NCBI GenBank assembly: GCA_014240165.1
Contig: JAAZXM010000003.1
Coordinates: forward strand, 26,347 to 90,346
Length of the DNA stretch: 64,000 bases
Reading direction: 5' to 3'
From: Myxococcales bacterium
GTDB taxonomy: Bacteria; Myxococcota_A; UBA9160; UBA4427
The notes under the pieces are model-generated. The model did not search any database, had not been told where the DNA came from, and worked only from the letters and a program-made list of their open reading frames with translations. This document shows, piece after piece, positions 49,109 to 59,304 of the stretch (the first letter of the stretch is position 1; each line of letters opens with the position of its first letter). The position numbers were made by a program, and so were the translations under genes.

Positions 49109-50659
49109 ATGACCTGGGATCCCGAACTCGAAGAATTGCGACGGCGGGAAGCCCTGGTCGAGGCCATGGGGGGAGAGGATAAGGTCGAGCGCCAGCACCG
49201 GGCCGGGAAGTTGACGATTCGCGAGCGCCTGGTGGAGATCACCGATCCCGGCTCTTTTCGCGAAGTCGGCAAGTTGGCGGGGGTCGCCGAGTACGACGAG
49301 GCCGGCGCGATGAAAGCCTTTACGCCGGCCAGTTTCCTTTTCGGAACCGCGCGCCTGGAGGGGCGGCCGGTCATCGTTTCGGGAGATGATTTTACGGTGC
49401 GTGGAGGGTCGGCGGAATTGGCCTTCCCCACCAAGCGGGCCCACGCCGAAGGTCTCGCCCAGGAGATGCGGCTGCCCCATGTCCGACTGGTGGATGGCAT
49501 GGGGGGAGGCGGCTCGGTCAAGACCATCGAGCAGGCCGGCCGAACCTATCTTCCCGGTCTTTTCGGCTGGGAGGTCATTGTTCAGCATCTCGCCGTGGCG
49601 CCTTCGGTTTCTCTTGCACTGGGATCCGTCGCCGGCATCGGTGCGGCCCGGGTGGCGACCAGCCACTACTCGCTGATCGTGCGCGACAGCGCCCAGATGA
49701 TGATCGCGGGTCCGGCCCTGGTGGATCAAGCCAGCCTGGGGGATGTGTCCAAGGAAGAACTCGGCCACGCGAACATTCATACCCGCAACGGGGCCATTGA
49801 TGACGAGGTGGCCAGCGAAGCCGAGGCTTTCGAGCGGACTCGGCGCTTTCTCTCCTATCTACCCAGCAACGTCGACGAGTTGCCACCCCTTTTGGAGTGC
49901 GATGATGACCCGGAACGCCGCGAGGCGGTGCTGAGCGAGATCGTTCCTCGCGAGCCGCGACGGGTCTACAAGATGCGCCGCATTATCGAAGCGGTCACCG
50001 ACGCCTCTTCTTTTTTTGAGATCGGCCGGCGTTGGGGCAGTTCGATGATTACCGGGCTTGCTCGCTTCGGAGGCGTCCCCGTGGCGATCTTCGCCGAAGA
50101 CCCCTACGTCTACGGCGGGGCGTGGACGGCAGATGCCGCAAGGAAGCTTCGGCGCCTGGTGGACCTCGCTTCGACGTTTCACCTGCCCCTGGTTCATTTC
50201 GAGGACTGCCCTGGCTTCTTGATTGGGAAAAAATCCGAAGAAGAAGCGACGATTCGTTTCGGTTCCGAGGCCTTGGCTGCGCTGGGCCAATCGCCGAGCC
50301 CGTTTTGCTCGGTGGTGATCCGTAAGGCGTTCGGAGTCGCCGGGGCTGCGAGCAAAAAGCCGGGCAGCCATCATTTTCGCTACGCGTGGCCCTCGGGTGA
50401 TTGGGGTTCATTGCCCATCGAGGGGGGCATCGAGGTGGCCTATCGCAAGGAGTTGGCCGAGGCAGAGGATGCCGAGGCCGAACTCGCGGAGATTCGCGAA
50501 CGACTGAACCGGCTACGCTCGCCCTTTCGTTCCGCGGAACATTTCGAGATCGAGGAAATCATCGACCCCCTGGACACTCGGTCCCGGCTCTGCGAATGGG
50601 CGCAACTCGCGCGCCGCGCCTCGAGGCCGGGCCCGACCGGCTTCACTTATCGGCCCTGA
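49109..50659 (+). CDS. Acyl-CoA carboxylase carboxyltransferase subunit
   Basis: GKLTIRER, DDFTVRGGS, AGPALV, DCPGFLIG, RKAFG and EEIIDP motifs. Confidence 0.92.
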   Translation: MTWDPELEELRRREALVEAMGGEDKVERQHRAGKLTIRERLVEITDPGSFREVGKLAGVAEYDEAGAMKAFTPASFLFGTARLEGRPVIVSGDDFTVRGGSAELAFPTKRAHAEGLAQEMRLPHVRLVDGMGGGGSVKTIEQAGRTYLPGLFGWEVIVQHLAVAPSVSLALGSVAGIGAARVATSHYSLIVRDSAQMMIAGPALVDQASLGDVSKEELGHANIHTRNGAIDDEVASEAEAFERTRRFLSYLPSNVDELPPLLECDDDPERREAVLSEIVPREPRRVYKMRRIIEAVTDASSFFEIGRRWGSSMITGLARFGGVPVAIFAEDPYVYGGAWTADAARKLRRLVDLASTFHLPLVHFEDCPGFLIGKKSEEEATIRFGSEALAALGQSPSPFCSVVIRKAFGVAGAASKKPGSHHFRYAWPSGDWGSLPIEGGIEVAYRKELAEAEDAEAELAEIRERLNRLRSPFRSAEHFEIEEIIDPLDTRSRLCEWAQLARRASRPGPTGFTYRP

Positions 50660-51873
50660 GCGGGTTGGGCGCGGACCAGTGAGAGCCCAGCGACCCCGAG
50701 CGCGAGGCTGATCGCGAAGACGATCAGCGCCCCTGCATAGCTTCCGCTGCTATCGCGTACGGCCCCAGCCACGATGGGCGCCAAAGTCACGAAAGGCAGC
50801 CCCACCAGGCCTGCCAGCCCCATTACGCTCCCGAAAGATGACGGGCCGAAGAGGCGCCCGATGAACGACGCATAGGTGGGGAGCAGTCCGCCTCCGGCGA
50901 AACCGAAGAAAAGAATCGCCCCGGTGAAAAGCGCTTCCCCGGGCTGGCTGGCCAGTGTCATGAAAGAGATGATTTGCATGCTGATCACGATCCGGATCAG
51001 CCAACCGTTGTCGAAACGGTCCGCAAGGTATCCGAAGAGGAGGGTGCCCGGGACCCCGAGTCCCGCGGCGATGCCGATCAGGATTGAGATGTGCTGGACG
51101 CTGTAGCCGAGATCCTCGCCGAATCGCGGGGCATTCGCGCCCCAGCCGCCCCCTATGCCGAAGACGATGCCGATGACCAGGGCCAGTGCCCAGAAATTTC
51201 GGTTATGAAGAATCTCGCTGACGGTCCAGCCGCCTTCATCGCTATTGGCTTCGAGATTCTCAGGGGCAGAAGCAAGTCCGTCGACGCTTTGGCCAACCTC
51301 GTCGGGGGAATTTCGCACGGCGATCCAGGCCAAGGGGGCGATGAAGATCGCGATTCCAGCGAAGATCTGGAGCGTTTCGCGCCAGCCGAAGTCTGCGATC
51401 CACGCGCCTGCAAGCGGCGTAAAGAGGAACCCTCCGGCATGGGGCCCCATGGCGGCCACCCCTACGGCGAGACCGCGCTTTTCATCGAACCACTTCGCGA
51501 TGACGGTCGTGGCGGCCAGCGGCCCGGCGAGGGCAACGCCAAAGGCTGAGCCGAGGCCAAAGAGAATCCATAGCTGCCACGGTTCCTTGGCCACGGACAT
51601 TCCCAGAAACGAGACGGAAAGGATGACCGAGCCCAGGGTCATCAGGCTGCGAATGGAGTGGCGATCGAGCAGTGGGCCCACGGCGGCGCTGGCGCCCGCC
51701 ATGACCAGAAGGAAAGCGCTGACGCCGAACTGCACCTCGGCGATGGAGAGGCCGAACTCGTCGACGAGTGGCGAAGTGAAAAGTCCGAAGGGGATGATCG
51801 TCAGCCCGATGGTGACGGCTTGGGCCGCGAAGGCGACGGCCACGATCCACCAGCCATGGAATACGCGAGGCAT
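50647..51873 (-). CDS. MFS transporter (OFA/monocarboxylate-like)
   Basis: 12 TM segments. FHGWWIV, GPLLDRH, KWFDEKRGLAVG and GYLADRF motifs. Confidence 0.92.
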   Translation of the reverse strand: MPRVFHGWWIVAVAFAAQAVTIGLTIIPFGLFTSPLVDEFGLSIAEVQFGVSAFLLVMAGASAAVGPLLDRHSIRSLMTLGSVILSVSFLGMSVAKEPWQLWILFGLGSAFGVALAGPLAATTVIAKWFDEKRGLAVGVAAMGPHAGGFLFTPLAGAWIADFGWRETLQIFAGIAIFIAPLAWIAVRNSPDEVGQSVDGLASAPENLEANSDEGGWTVSEILHNRNFWALALVIGIVFGIGGGWGANAPRFGEDLGYSVQHISILIGIAAGLGVPGTLLFGYLADRFDNGWLIRIVISMQIISFMTLASQPGEALFTGAILFFGFAGGGLLPTYASFIGRLFGPSSFGSVMGLAGLVGLPFVTLAPIVAGAVRDSSGSYAGALIVFAISLALGVAGLSLVRAQPAQGR

Positions 51874-51994
51874 AGGGGCGCGACCTTAGCTCGCTTCTCG
51901 TGCCGGGGTGATCCGAAGAGATCCGCCACCGGGCCGCCCGTCCCGGGTTGCCTATGCTAGGTCTTCTCCATTCTCAGCTGCCTCGAGGCGTCGC

Positions 51995-53194
51995 ATGCCC
52001 GGTTCGGCCCAATCCCGTATTTGTTTTCCCGAGACCGATTTCGCCCTTCTGCCCGGGCAGGGCAATCCGCTCCCCGCTTTCCACTCCATGATGGCTGAGT
52101 TGCGCGATCAGCGTCCCGTTGCGCCGATCCACTTTCACGGTCAGCCCGCCTGGCTGCTGACTCGTCACGCCGATGTGGCAGAAGCCTTTCGGGACGAAAC
52201 GCTCTTTTCGGCCCGGGCGATCCAGACCGCCAACACTTTTCCCGTCATGGGGCGCAATATGATGGGCATGGAGGGTGATGAGCATCGCCTCAACCGGGCC
52301 CTGGTCTCGCCCCATTTCAAGTTGCGCTTGATGCCGGGGGTTGTCGAGGAGATGGTGCAACCGCTTTGCCACGCCCTGGTGGACGGGTTCGCCCATCGGG
52401 GTGAGGTGGACCTCGTGCGCGAGTTCAATCAACGACTGCCCCTGGTGGCCATCTGCAGGATTCTGGGCATTCCACCCGAGGACGATGAGCGCCTGGCTCG
52501 CTGGGCCATGGCGCTGATCCACTATCCCTGGGATCCCCAGGGCGCATTGGCGGCATCCAAGGAATTCACTCAATACCTGGCGGGGCTGCTGGCCGAGCGC
52601 CGGGCCGCGCCCGGCGATGATTTATTGTCCGCCCTCTCCTGCGAGGAGGTGGAAGGGCATCGTCTATCAGACGACGAGATCTTCTCCTTCGTTCGTGTCC
52701 TCTTTCCTGCCGGCGCAGACACCACCTATCTCGCCTTGGGTTCGTTGATGGTTGGCCTGCTGGGAGGCCCCGGTGGCCTGGATTCATTTCGGGGCGACGC
52801 TGAAGCTCAGGCCGCGGCCGTGGAAGAGACCCTGCGCTGGGAACCCCCGACGGCCTTGCTGCCCAGGATGACCACCGGGGGAGGAGAGTTTCGGGGAGAA
52901 CGTCTGGGTCCGGACACCGTGGTCCTGCTGGGGATCGGTCCTGCGAATCGGGATCCCGAGGTCTTCCCCGATCCAGATCGCTTCGACCCCGGTCGCAAGA
53001 CCGCAGGGCATCTGGCTTTCGGTCTCGGCAATCACTTTTGCCTGGGCTCTCACCTGGCCCGGTCGGAAATGCGCGTGGCGCTCGGGGTGCTCCTCGAACG
53101 CTTCGATGAGATCGAGTTGGTGGAAACGCCCGTGATGGAAGGCGCCGTCATGCGTGGTCCCCATCGCCTTCAGGTCCGTTTTTCTTGCGCATGA
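51995..53194 (+). CDS. Cytochrome P450
   Basis: I-helix AGADTT, EETLR, ANRDP and heme motif FGLGNHFCLG. Confidence 0.95.
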   Translation: MPGSAQSRICFPETDFALLPGQGNPLPAFHSMMAELRDQRPVAPIHFHGQPAWLLTRHADVAEAFRDETLFSARAIQTANTFPVMGRNMMGMEGDEHRLNRALVSPHFKLRLMPGVVEEMVQPLCHALVDGFAHRGEVDLVREFNQRLPLVAICRILGIPPEDDERLARWAMALIHYPWDPQGALAASKEFTQYLAGLLAERRAAPGDDLLSALSCEEVEGHRLSDDEIFSFVRVLFPAGADTTYLALGSLMVGLLGGPGGLDSFRGDAEAQAAAVEETLRWEPPTALLPRMTTGGGEFRGERLGPDTVVLLGIGPANRDPEVFPDPDRFDPGRKTAGHLAFGLGNHFCLGSHLARSEMRVALGVLLERFDEIELVETPVMEGAVMRGPHRLQVRFSCA

Positions 53195-53240
53195 AGAACG
53201 GCAATCGGCAACCGACGGTCATTCTGAGAAAGGATTTCGT

Positions 53241-54113
53241 ATGAAGATCGGGCTCTTCCTGGCCACCATCAATCCGATTGCGACGCCCGAGTACATCGCG
53301 GCCTTTGCGAGTGGCGCTGAAGAACGCGGCTTCGATTCGCTCTGGGTAGGCGAGCACGCGCTGCTCTTCGAGGATTACGCTTCGGCCTACCCCTACTCAG
53401 AGGATGGCAAGCTGATCGGTCTGTCGAGCGAGAGCGGGATGCTCGATCCCTTTCTCGCGCTGGGCTGGGCGGCAGCCGTGACCCGGGAGATCAAGCTCGC
53501 CACGGGGATTTGCATCCTGCCCCAGCGCAATCCGGTTTATACCGCCAAGGAGGTGGCCACCCTGGATTGGCTTTCCGGCGGAAGGACCCTTCTGGGTCTG
53601 GGCGTGGGCTGGCTCAAGGAGGAATTCGACAATCTCGGAGTGCCCTTCGAACGGCGGGGGGCGCGTTGCGCGGAATACGTCGAGGTTCTGAAGCGTCTCT
53701 GGTGCGATCCTGTTTCCAATCACGAAGGGGAGTTTCATCAACTGAGCGGGGCCAGGCTCTACCCGAAGCCGGTCCAGACGCCCCATCCGCCCATTCTCTT
53801 CGGGGGCGAGTCCGATGCAGCGTTGCGCCGGGTGGCCCACCAGGGCGACGGCTGGTTTGGCTTCAATCACACGCCGGAAAGCGCCGCTGAATGTCTTGCC
53901 AGGCTCGACGCTCTCCTGGCGGCGCGTGGCCGGAGCCGCGCGGACCTGGATATTTCGCTTTCCCCCTACCTGCAGCCCAGTAGCGGCAAAGACCTTCCGC
54001 ATTTCGAAGAACTCGGTGTGGACCGGGTCGTTCTACTCGCCATGGCGCCCTCGTTGGAGGCCATCCCGACGACTCTCGACGCCGCCGCACGCGAATACGG
54101 CCTTGCGCCGTGA
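53241..54113 (+). CDS. LLM class F420-dependent oxidoreductase (Rv2161c-like)
   Basis: SLWVGEH, PQRNPVYTAKEVATLD, GVGWLKEEF and PKPVQTPHPP motifs. Confidence 0.9.
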   Translation: MKIGLFLATINPIATPEYIAAFASGAEERGFDSLWVGEHALLFEDYASAYPYSEDGKLIGLSSESGMLDPFLALGWAAAVTREIKLATGICILPQRNPVYTAKEVATLDWLSGGRTLLGLGVGWLKEEFDNLGVPFERRGARCAEYVEVLKRLWCDPVSNHEGEFHQLSGARLYPKPVQTPHPPILFGGESDAALRRVAHQGDGWFGFNHTPESAAECLARLDALLAARGRSRADLDISLSPYLQPSSGKDLPHFEELGVDRVVLLAMAPSLEAIPTTLDAAAREYGLAP

Positions 54114-54219
54114 AGGCGTTGAAGGCTTGCGTCGCTTTGCTGCCTTCTTCCAGGGTTGAGCCCCAGGCGGCTTCATCGCTCGCGGGCCGAAGTTCCGAAG
54201 AGGATCGCCGAAGGCGTCT

Positions 54220-55869
54220 TTAATTCTCTTCGGTGCTTGCAGCGATGATGGCTTCGATGCGCTCGGGATCGATGCGTCGCATGAGGTGCTCGAATTTGCC
54301 CACCGCGAGGCCGCAGAGAGGCTGCTGGGTGTCCTCGAAGCCTATGGCACCGCTCCGGGAAAGGAGGGCACGTGATTTGGGGGCGAGTTCGGGCAGGATC
54401 GGCTCGAGGTAGGTGGTGAGCTGATTGAAGAGATTGAGGGCGACGCTGCAGACAGCCCTGATTTCTTCTTCCTTCCCTTCCTGCTTCTTGAGCGCCCACG
54501 GCGCGCCCTGCTCAACGAATTCGTTCGCTCGATCCGCCAGTCCCATTACGATCCGAGCCACTTTGTTGGTGTCGCACGCCTCATAGGCCTCGATGATCTC
54601 GGCGCCCGCCGCCGCTCCCCTTTCGAAAAGCCCGCCGTCGTCGGGGTAGGGGTCGCAGAGTTTCTGTCCCTTCATGAAGCGCGCCGTTCGGCTCGCCAGG
54701 TTGACCAATTTGCCCACGAGTTCGGAGTTGACCTTGGCGGTGAATTCCTCGAAGTTGAGATCGATGTCGCTCATCCGGGTGCTGATCTTGCTCGCGTAGT
54801 AGTAGCGGAGATAGTCCGGGGAGAGGTGATCGAGATAGGTCCTGGCCAGGATGAATGTCCCCCGACGCTTGGACATTTTTTCGCCGTTGACGGTGAGGAA
54901 ACCGTTGACGTTGATCCGGTTGGGAAGCTCGAATCCCGCGGTCTTCAACATGGCGGGCCAGAAAAGGGCGTGAAAGTAGACTATGTCCTTGCCGATGAAG
55001 TGGTGGATCTCGCAGTCAGGATTTCTCCACCAGTCATCGAGGACTTCTTCGTTCTCGGCGCACCAATCCGCAGTCGCCGCGATATAGCCCACGGGCGCAT
55101 CCACCCAGACGTAGAAGAAATGCCCCGGGGCGTCGGGGATTTCAAAGCCGAAATAGGGCGCCGGGCGGCTGACGTCCCAATCTCGCAGAGGCTCGGAGAG
55201 AAAGGAGCCCTCGAGTTGTTTTGCGATCTCGGGTTGTAGCCGCCCCGGGGAGTGGACCCAGTCCTCGAGGAAGGCGTGAAATTCTTCCAGCGTGACAAAA
55301 TAATGGGGGGCCGAGCGCATTTCAGGGGTGGAGCCGCTCAGCGTACTTCGGGGATTCAGTACTTCGTGGGAATCGTAGATCCCGCCGCAGACCTCGCAGT
55401 TGTCGCCGTATTGCTCCTCGGCTTTGCATCGAGGGCAGGTGCCGGTCACGAAGCGGTCGGCGAGAAAGATGCCTTGCTCTGTATCGAAGAATTGAGTGAC
55501 TTCTTTTTCCTTCACGCGCCCGGCTTTTCGCAAAGCGGCCCAGATTTCGGCGACGAGTGCTCGGTTCGATTCGGTGTGGGTGCTGCCGTAGTGGTCGAAT
55601 TGAACGCCGAAGTCGGCGAAGTCGCGCTGATGGGACGTACTCATTTCTTCCATCAAGGCATCGGTCCCCCGGCCCTCATCCTGGGCCCGGATCATGGTGG
55701 CGGTGCCATGGGTGTCGTCACCGCAGAAATAGCCGACCCGATTTCCACGCATCCGCTGGAACCGGACCCAGATATCCCCCTGGATATACCCAATGAGGTG
55801 GCCGATGTGGAGGTGGCCATTCACGTAGGGCAAAGCATTCGTGACCAGGAGTTTGCGCGTCGTTGTCAT
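54220..55869 (-). CDS. metG: Methionine--tRNA ligase (short form without C-terminal tRNA-binding domain)
   Basis: NALPYVNGHLHIGH, DDTHGT, Zn knuckle CPRC...CEVC, WDVSRPAPYFG, GKDIVYFH and KMSKR. Confidence 0.97.
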   Translation of the reverse strand: MTTTRKLLVTNALPYVNGHLHIGHLIGYIQGDIWVRFQRMRGNRVGYFCGDDTHGTATMIRAQDEGRGTDALMEEMSTSHQRDFADFGVQFDHYGSTHTESNRALVAEIWAALRKAGRVKEKEVTQFFDTEQGIFLADRFVTGTCPRCKAEEQYGDNCEVCGGIYDSHEVLNPRSTLSGSTPEMRSAPHYFVTLEEFHAFLEDWVHSPGRLQPEIAKQLEGSFLSEPLRDWDVSRPAPYFGFEIPDAPGHFFYVWVDAPVGYIAATADWCAENEEVLDDWWRNPDCEIHHFIGKDIVYFHALFWPAMLKTAGFELPNRINVNGFLTVNGEKMSKRRGTFILARTYLDHLSPDYLRYYYASKISTRMSDIDLNFEEFTAKVNSELVGKLVNLASRTARFMKGQKLCDPYPDDGGLFERGAAAGAEIIEAYEACDTNKVARIVMGLADRANEFVEQGAPWALKKQEGKEEEIRAVCSVALNLFNQLTTYLEPILPELAPKSRALLSRSGAIGFEDTQQPLCGLAVGKFEHLMRRIDPERIEAIIAASTEEN

Positions 55870-56108
55870 GGCCGGCGAGAATAGCCCTTCGCGACCTGCC
55901 TGGGCCCGGTATCGAGTTTTGCTTGGCTTGATCGGCCGATCGAGGCTCGCGGGGCCGAATGATGGCTCTGCAGGGTGCGGCGGAAGAGGGAAGCGGCGCC
56001 ACGATGTTCGGCCGAATACCGGCTCCCGAGAGCGCTGGCGCCGAAGTTCGGGGCGCGCGAGTATCGGATCCGGACTTGAAAATACAAAGAGCGAAGGAGG
56101 CGGGACAG

Positions 56109-57026
56109 ATGAGTTCGTTTTGCGAGGATCGTGTGGTGGTCGTCACGGGAGCGGGTCGCGGGATTGGTCGGGAATACGCCCTGATGCTTGCGGAACACGG
56201 TGCCAAGGTCGTGGTGAATGACCTGGGCGGTGCGCGGGACGGCGAGGGGGCTGCCGACTCCGGGCCGGCAGACGAGGTCGTCGCTGAGATCCGCGAGCGA
56301 GGCGGAGAGGCGGTGGCCAACGGGGCCAGCGTCAGTGACTTCGAGGGCGCCCGGGAGATGATTCAGCAGGCCGTCGATACCTACGGTCGACTGGATGTGC
56401 TGGTCAACAACGCGGGAATCCTGCGGGACCGTATGCTGGTCAACATGAAGGAGAGCGAGTGGGATGCCGTCATCGACGTGCACCTCAAGGGAACCTTTGC
56501 GCCGGCTCACCACGCGGCGGCCTACTGGCGCGAGCAGAGCAAGGCGGGCCAGGCAGTGGACGCGCGGATTATCAATACGACCTCGGTCTCAGGGATCTAC
56601 GGAAACCCGGGCCAATCGAATTACGGAGCGGCCAAGGCGGGAATCGCGGCCTTCAGCGTGATCGCGTCGAGGGAACTCGCCCGTTATGGGGTGACGGTGA
56701 ACTGCATCGCGCCCGGGGCCCTGACCCGGATGACCGAAGATCTACAGCCCGGGGAAATCACGGACGAGATGCGGGAGGCCCAGAGCCCCCGCTGGATTGC
56801 TCCGATCGTGACGTGGCTGGCCAGTCGCGAATCGGCGGATGTGAGCGGGCTGGTTTTCGAAGCGTCCGGCGGTGTGTTGGCGGTGGCCGAAGGCTGGCAT
56901 CGAGGCCCCAAGGTGGCGCCGGAGGAGGACCCCACACGGCTCGGCCCCATTGTTCGAAAGATGGTCAGCGAAGCGCGACTCAACGCGGGGATGAATGGGA
57001 AGGATCAGGACGGCGGCCTCGGCTGA
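56109..57026 (+). CDS. SDR, MFE-2-like (3R)-hydroxyacyl-CoA dehydrogenase type
   Basis: TGAGRGIG, VVVNDLGG, NNAGILRDR and GNPGQSNYGAAK motifs. Confidence 0.9.
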   Translation: MSSFCEDRVVVVTGAGRGIGREYALMLAEHGAKVVVNDLGGARDGEGAADSGPADEVVAEIRERGGEAVANGASVSDFEGAREMIQQAVDTYGRLDVLVNNAGILRDRMLVNMKESEWDAVIDVHLKGTFAPAHHAAAYWREQSKAGQAVDARIINTTSVSGIYGNPGQSNYGAAKAGIAAFSVIASRELARYGVTVNCIAPGALTRMTEDLQPGEITDEMREAQSPRWIAPIVTWLASRESADVSGLVFEASGGVLAVAEGWHRGPKVAPEEDPTRLGPIVRKMVSEARLNAGMNGKDQDGGLG

Positions 57027-57082
57027 TCTCTACGGGGAACTTTCCGGGATGGATTGATCGTGGGCGGCCTGGAGGTTGTCGC

Positions 57083-57116
57083 GTTATTGACAGGCATAGT
57101 GCCAATAACCTAATTT
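57083..57116 (+). promoter_or_regulatory. Candidate sigma70 promoter with inverted-repeat operator upstream of thiolase
   Basis: Perfect TTGACA at 57087-57092 and -10-like TAATTT at 57111. Inverted repeat GTTATTG-N13-CAATAAC. Confidence 0.55.
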
Positions 57117-57171
57117 CGTTCTTCATTTCGCGGATTTGAGGTCCGCGCTCACTAGCCAGGAGGAAGCGCAG

Positions 57172-58353
57172 ATGCGCGAAGCAGTCATCGTCTCAACCGC
57201 ACGAACGGGGCTGGCCAAGTCCCACCGTGGCGGATTCAACAATACGGGTGGGGCCGCCATGGCGGGCCACGCCATCAAGCATTCCATCGAGCGTGCCGGA
57301 GTCGACCCCGCCGAGGTGTCCGAAGTGATTCTCGGTTGCGGAACGCCCCAGGGAACAACGGGCAACAATATTGGCCGAGTCGCGGCCCTCAAGGCGGGTT
57401 GCCCCATCACGACAACCGGCGTGACGGTCAGCCGACACTGCTCCTCGGGGCTCAACGCGGTGGCCACGGCGGCCGGACGCATCATCGTCGACGGCGAGGA
57501 CGTCGTGGTGGGGGCGGGCGTCGAATCCATCAGCCTGAGTCTCGCCGGAGGCAATTTCTCCCATCAGGTGGACAAAGAGTTGATGGAGGCGTACCCCGGT
57601 CTCTGGATGCCCATGATCGAGACCGCGGACATCGTCGCGGATCGCTACAAGGTCAGCCGCGAGTACCAGGACGAATATTCATTGGAAAGCCAGAAGCGCA
57701 CGGCGGCGGCCCAGGAAGCGGGCCTCTTCGATGACGAAATCGTCCCCATGGACACCACGATGATCGTGAAGGACAAGGAAAGCGGCGAAACCTCCGAGGT
57801 GGATTACACGGTGACCGGAGACGAGTGCAATCGCCCCAGCACGACTCTCGAGGGTCTCTCGAGCCTGAAGCCTATCCGGGGAGAAGAGCAGTACATCACG
57901 GCGGGCAATGCGTCTCAGCTTTCGGATGGTGCGGCGGCGTTGGTGATGATGGAGGCCGAAGAGGCCAAGCGCCGAGGCGCCGAGCCTCTCGGTGCATTTC
58001 GCGGCTTTACGGCGGGTGGCTGCAAGCCCGACGAAATGGGCATCGGCCCGGTGATCGCCGTTCCCCGCCTGCTCGATCGCGCGGGGCTCACGGTGGACGA
58101 CATCGACCTGTGGGAACTGAACGAAGCCTTCGCGAGCCAATGCCTCTATTGCCGGGACACCCTCGGAATCGATCCCGAGAAGTACAACGTCAATGGCGGA
58201 TCGATTTCCATCGGACATCCCTTTGGGATGACGGGCGCACGCTGCGTGGGTCACCTCCTGCTGGAAGGACGGCGCCGCAAGGCGAAGTGGGGCGTGGTCA
58301 CGATGTGTATCGGTGGAGGCCAGGGGGCCGCGGGGCTCTTCGAGATCTTCTAG
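57172..58353 (+). CDS. Acetyl-CoA C-acyltransferase (thiolase)
   Basis: AGGAGG RBS. RHCSSG, NEAF, GHPFG and MCIGGGQG motifs. Confidence 0.95.
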   Translation: MREAVIVSTARTGLAKSHRGGFNNTGGAAMAGHAIKHSIERAGVDPAEVSEVILGCGTPQGTTGNNIGRVAALKAGCPITTTGVTVSRHCSSGLNAVATAAGRIIVDGEDVVVGAGVESISLSLAGGNFSHQVDKELMEAYPGLWMPMIETADIVADRYKVSREYQDEYSLESQKRTAAAQEAGLFDDEIVPMDTTMIVKDKESGETSEVDYTVTGDECNRPSTTLEGLSSLKPIRGEEQYITAGNASQLSDGAAALVMMEAEEAKRRGAEPLGAFRGFTAGGCKPDEMGIGPVIAVPRLLDRAGLTVDDIDLWELNEAFASQCLYCRDTLGIDPEKYNVNGGSISIGHPFGMTGARCVGHLLLEGRRRKAKWGVVTMCIGGGQGAAGLFEIF

Positions 58354-58473
58354 CCCCGACCTCGGTCTGCGCGTTCTCTCCGCTCCCGGGACTCTTTGAC
58401 TGCCCGGGGGCGCGTTGGGACGCCTGCGCCTGGAATCTGGCTGGCCCAATGCCTTTGCTCTAGGCTCGCCCGA

Positions 58474-59304
58474 ATGCAGGACCCCAAGGACCGAGAGAAG
58501 GTCCCCTTCGATGCGTTGAAGGAGGGCGACCCGCTCGGTGAATACAGTTACGAATTGACGCCCGAATGCGTCGCACGGCATCGCGAGGCCACGGACCAGA
58601 CCGCCTATGCGGACGATGGCTACGCGCCGGTCTCGATTCTTGCTGCCGATGGCGTAAACCTCGCGGACCAGTTCTGGGATATCTCGGCCTCGGTCCATGC
58701 GGGTCAGAAGACTGAGATCCTTGAAATTCCCCGCATGGGCGACACCTTGACGGTGACCGGAGTCGTCGCAGAAAAATTCGTGCGTAAGGGCCGCCGCTAC
58801 GTCGTGAGTTCCACCCAGACCTGCGACTCCAGCGGGCGAGCGCTCGCGAGGGGGGAGACCACCGGAGTCATCTTGTATGACGAGGCGGCTGGCGATTCCT
58901 CGCCCCCCGCCGAGAAACTCGCGCCGCCGCCCGCCATCCGTCGACTCGGCCCGCTGGTTCGAGAGATGACCTTCGAGAAGATGGTGCTCTACGAGCCCCC
59001 GGGCGAGCAGAATATGCACACGGATCACGCCATCGCGCGGGAGGTGGGGCTGCCCGCTGCCATCGCGACGGGCACTCAATTCATGGCCTATCTCTTCGAT
59101 CTTCTTCACGACGCCTACGGCTTCGAAGCCATCCCGGGAACGATCCTCGAAGCCAAGATTCGGTTGCCCGTCTTCGCGGATGAACGAATCGAAGCCGTCG
59201 CCGAGGTGATTGCCGAAGACGGCGGCTATCGCGATCACCGGGTGCGCTGCACCACCCCGAGTGGCGATGCCATCCGCGGCACCGCGCGGGTTCCGATCCG
59301 ATGA
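58474..59304 (+). CDS. Double hot-dog MaoC-like dehydratase
   Basis: SVHAGQ...EKFVRKGRRYVV (first hot-dog) and NMHTDHAIAREVGLPAAIATG (second hot-dog). Confidence 0.8.
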   Translation: MQDPKDREKVPFDALKEGDPLGEYSYELTPECVARHREATDQTAYADDGYAPVSILAADGVNLADQFWDISASVHAGQKTEILEIPRMGDTLTVTGVVAEKFVRKGRRYVVSSTQTCDSSGRALARGETTGVILYDEAAGDSSPPAEKLAPPPAIRRLGPLVREMTFEKMVLYEPPGEQNMHTDHAIAREVGLPAAIATGTQFMAYLFDLLHDAYGFEAIPGTILEAKIRLPVFADERIEAVAEVIAEDGGYRDHRVRCTTPSGDAIRGTARVPIR

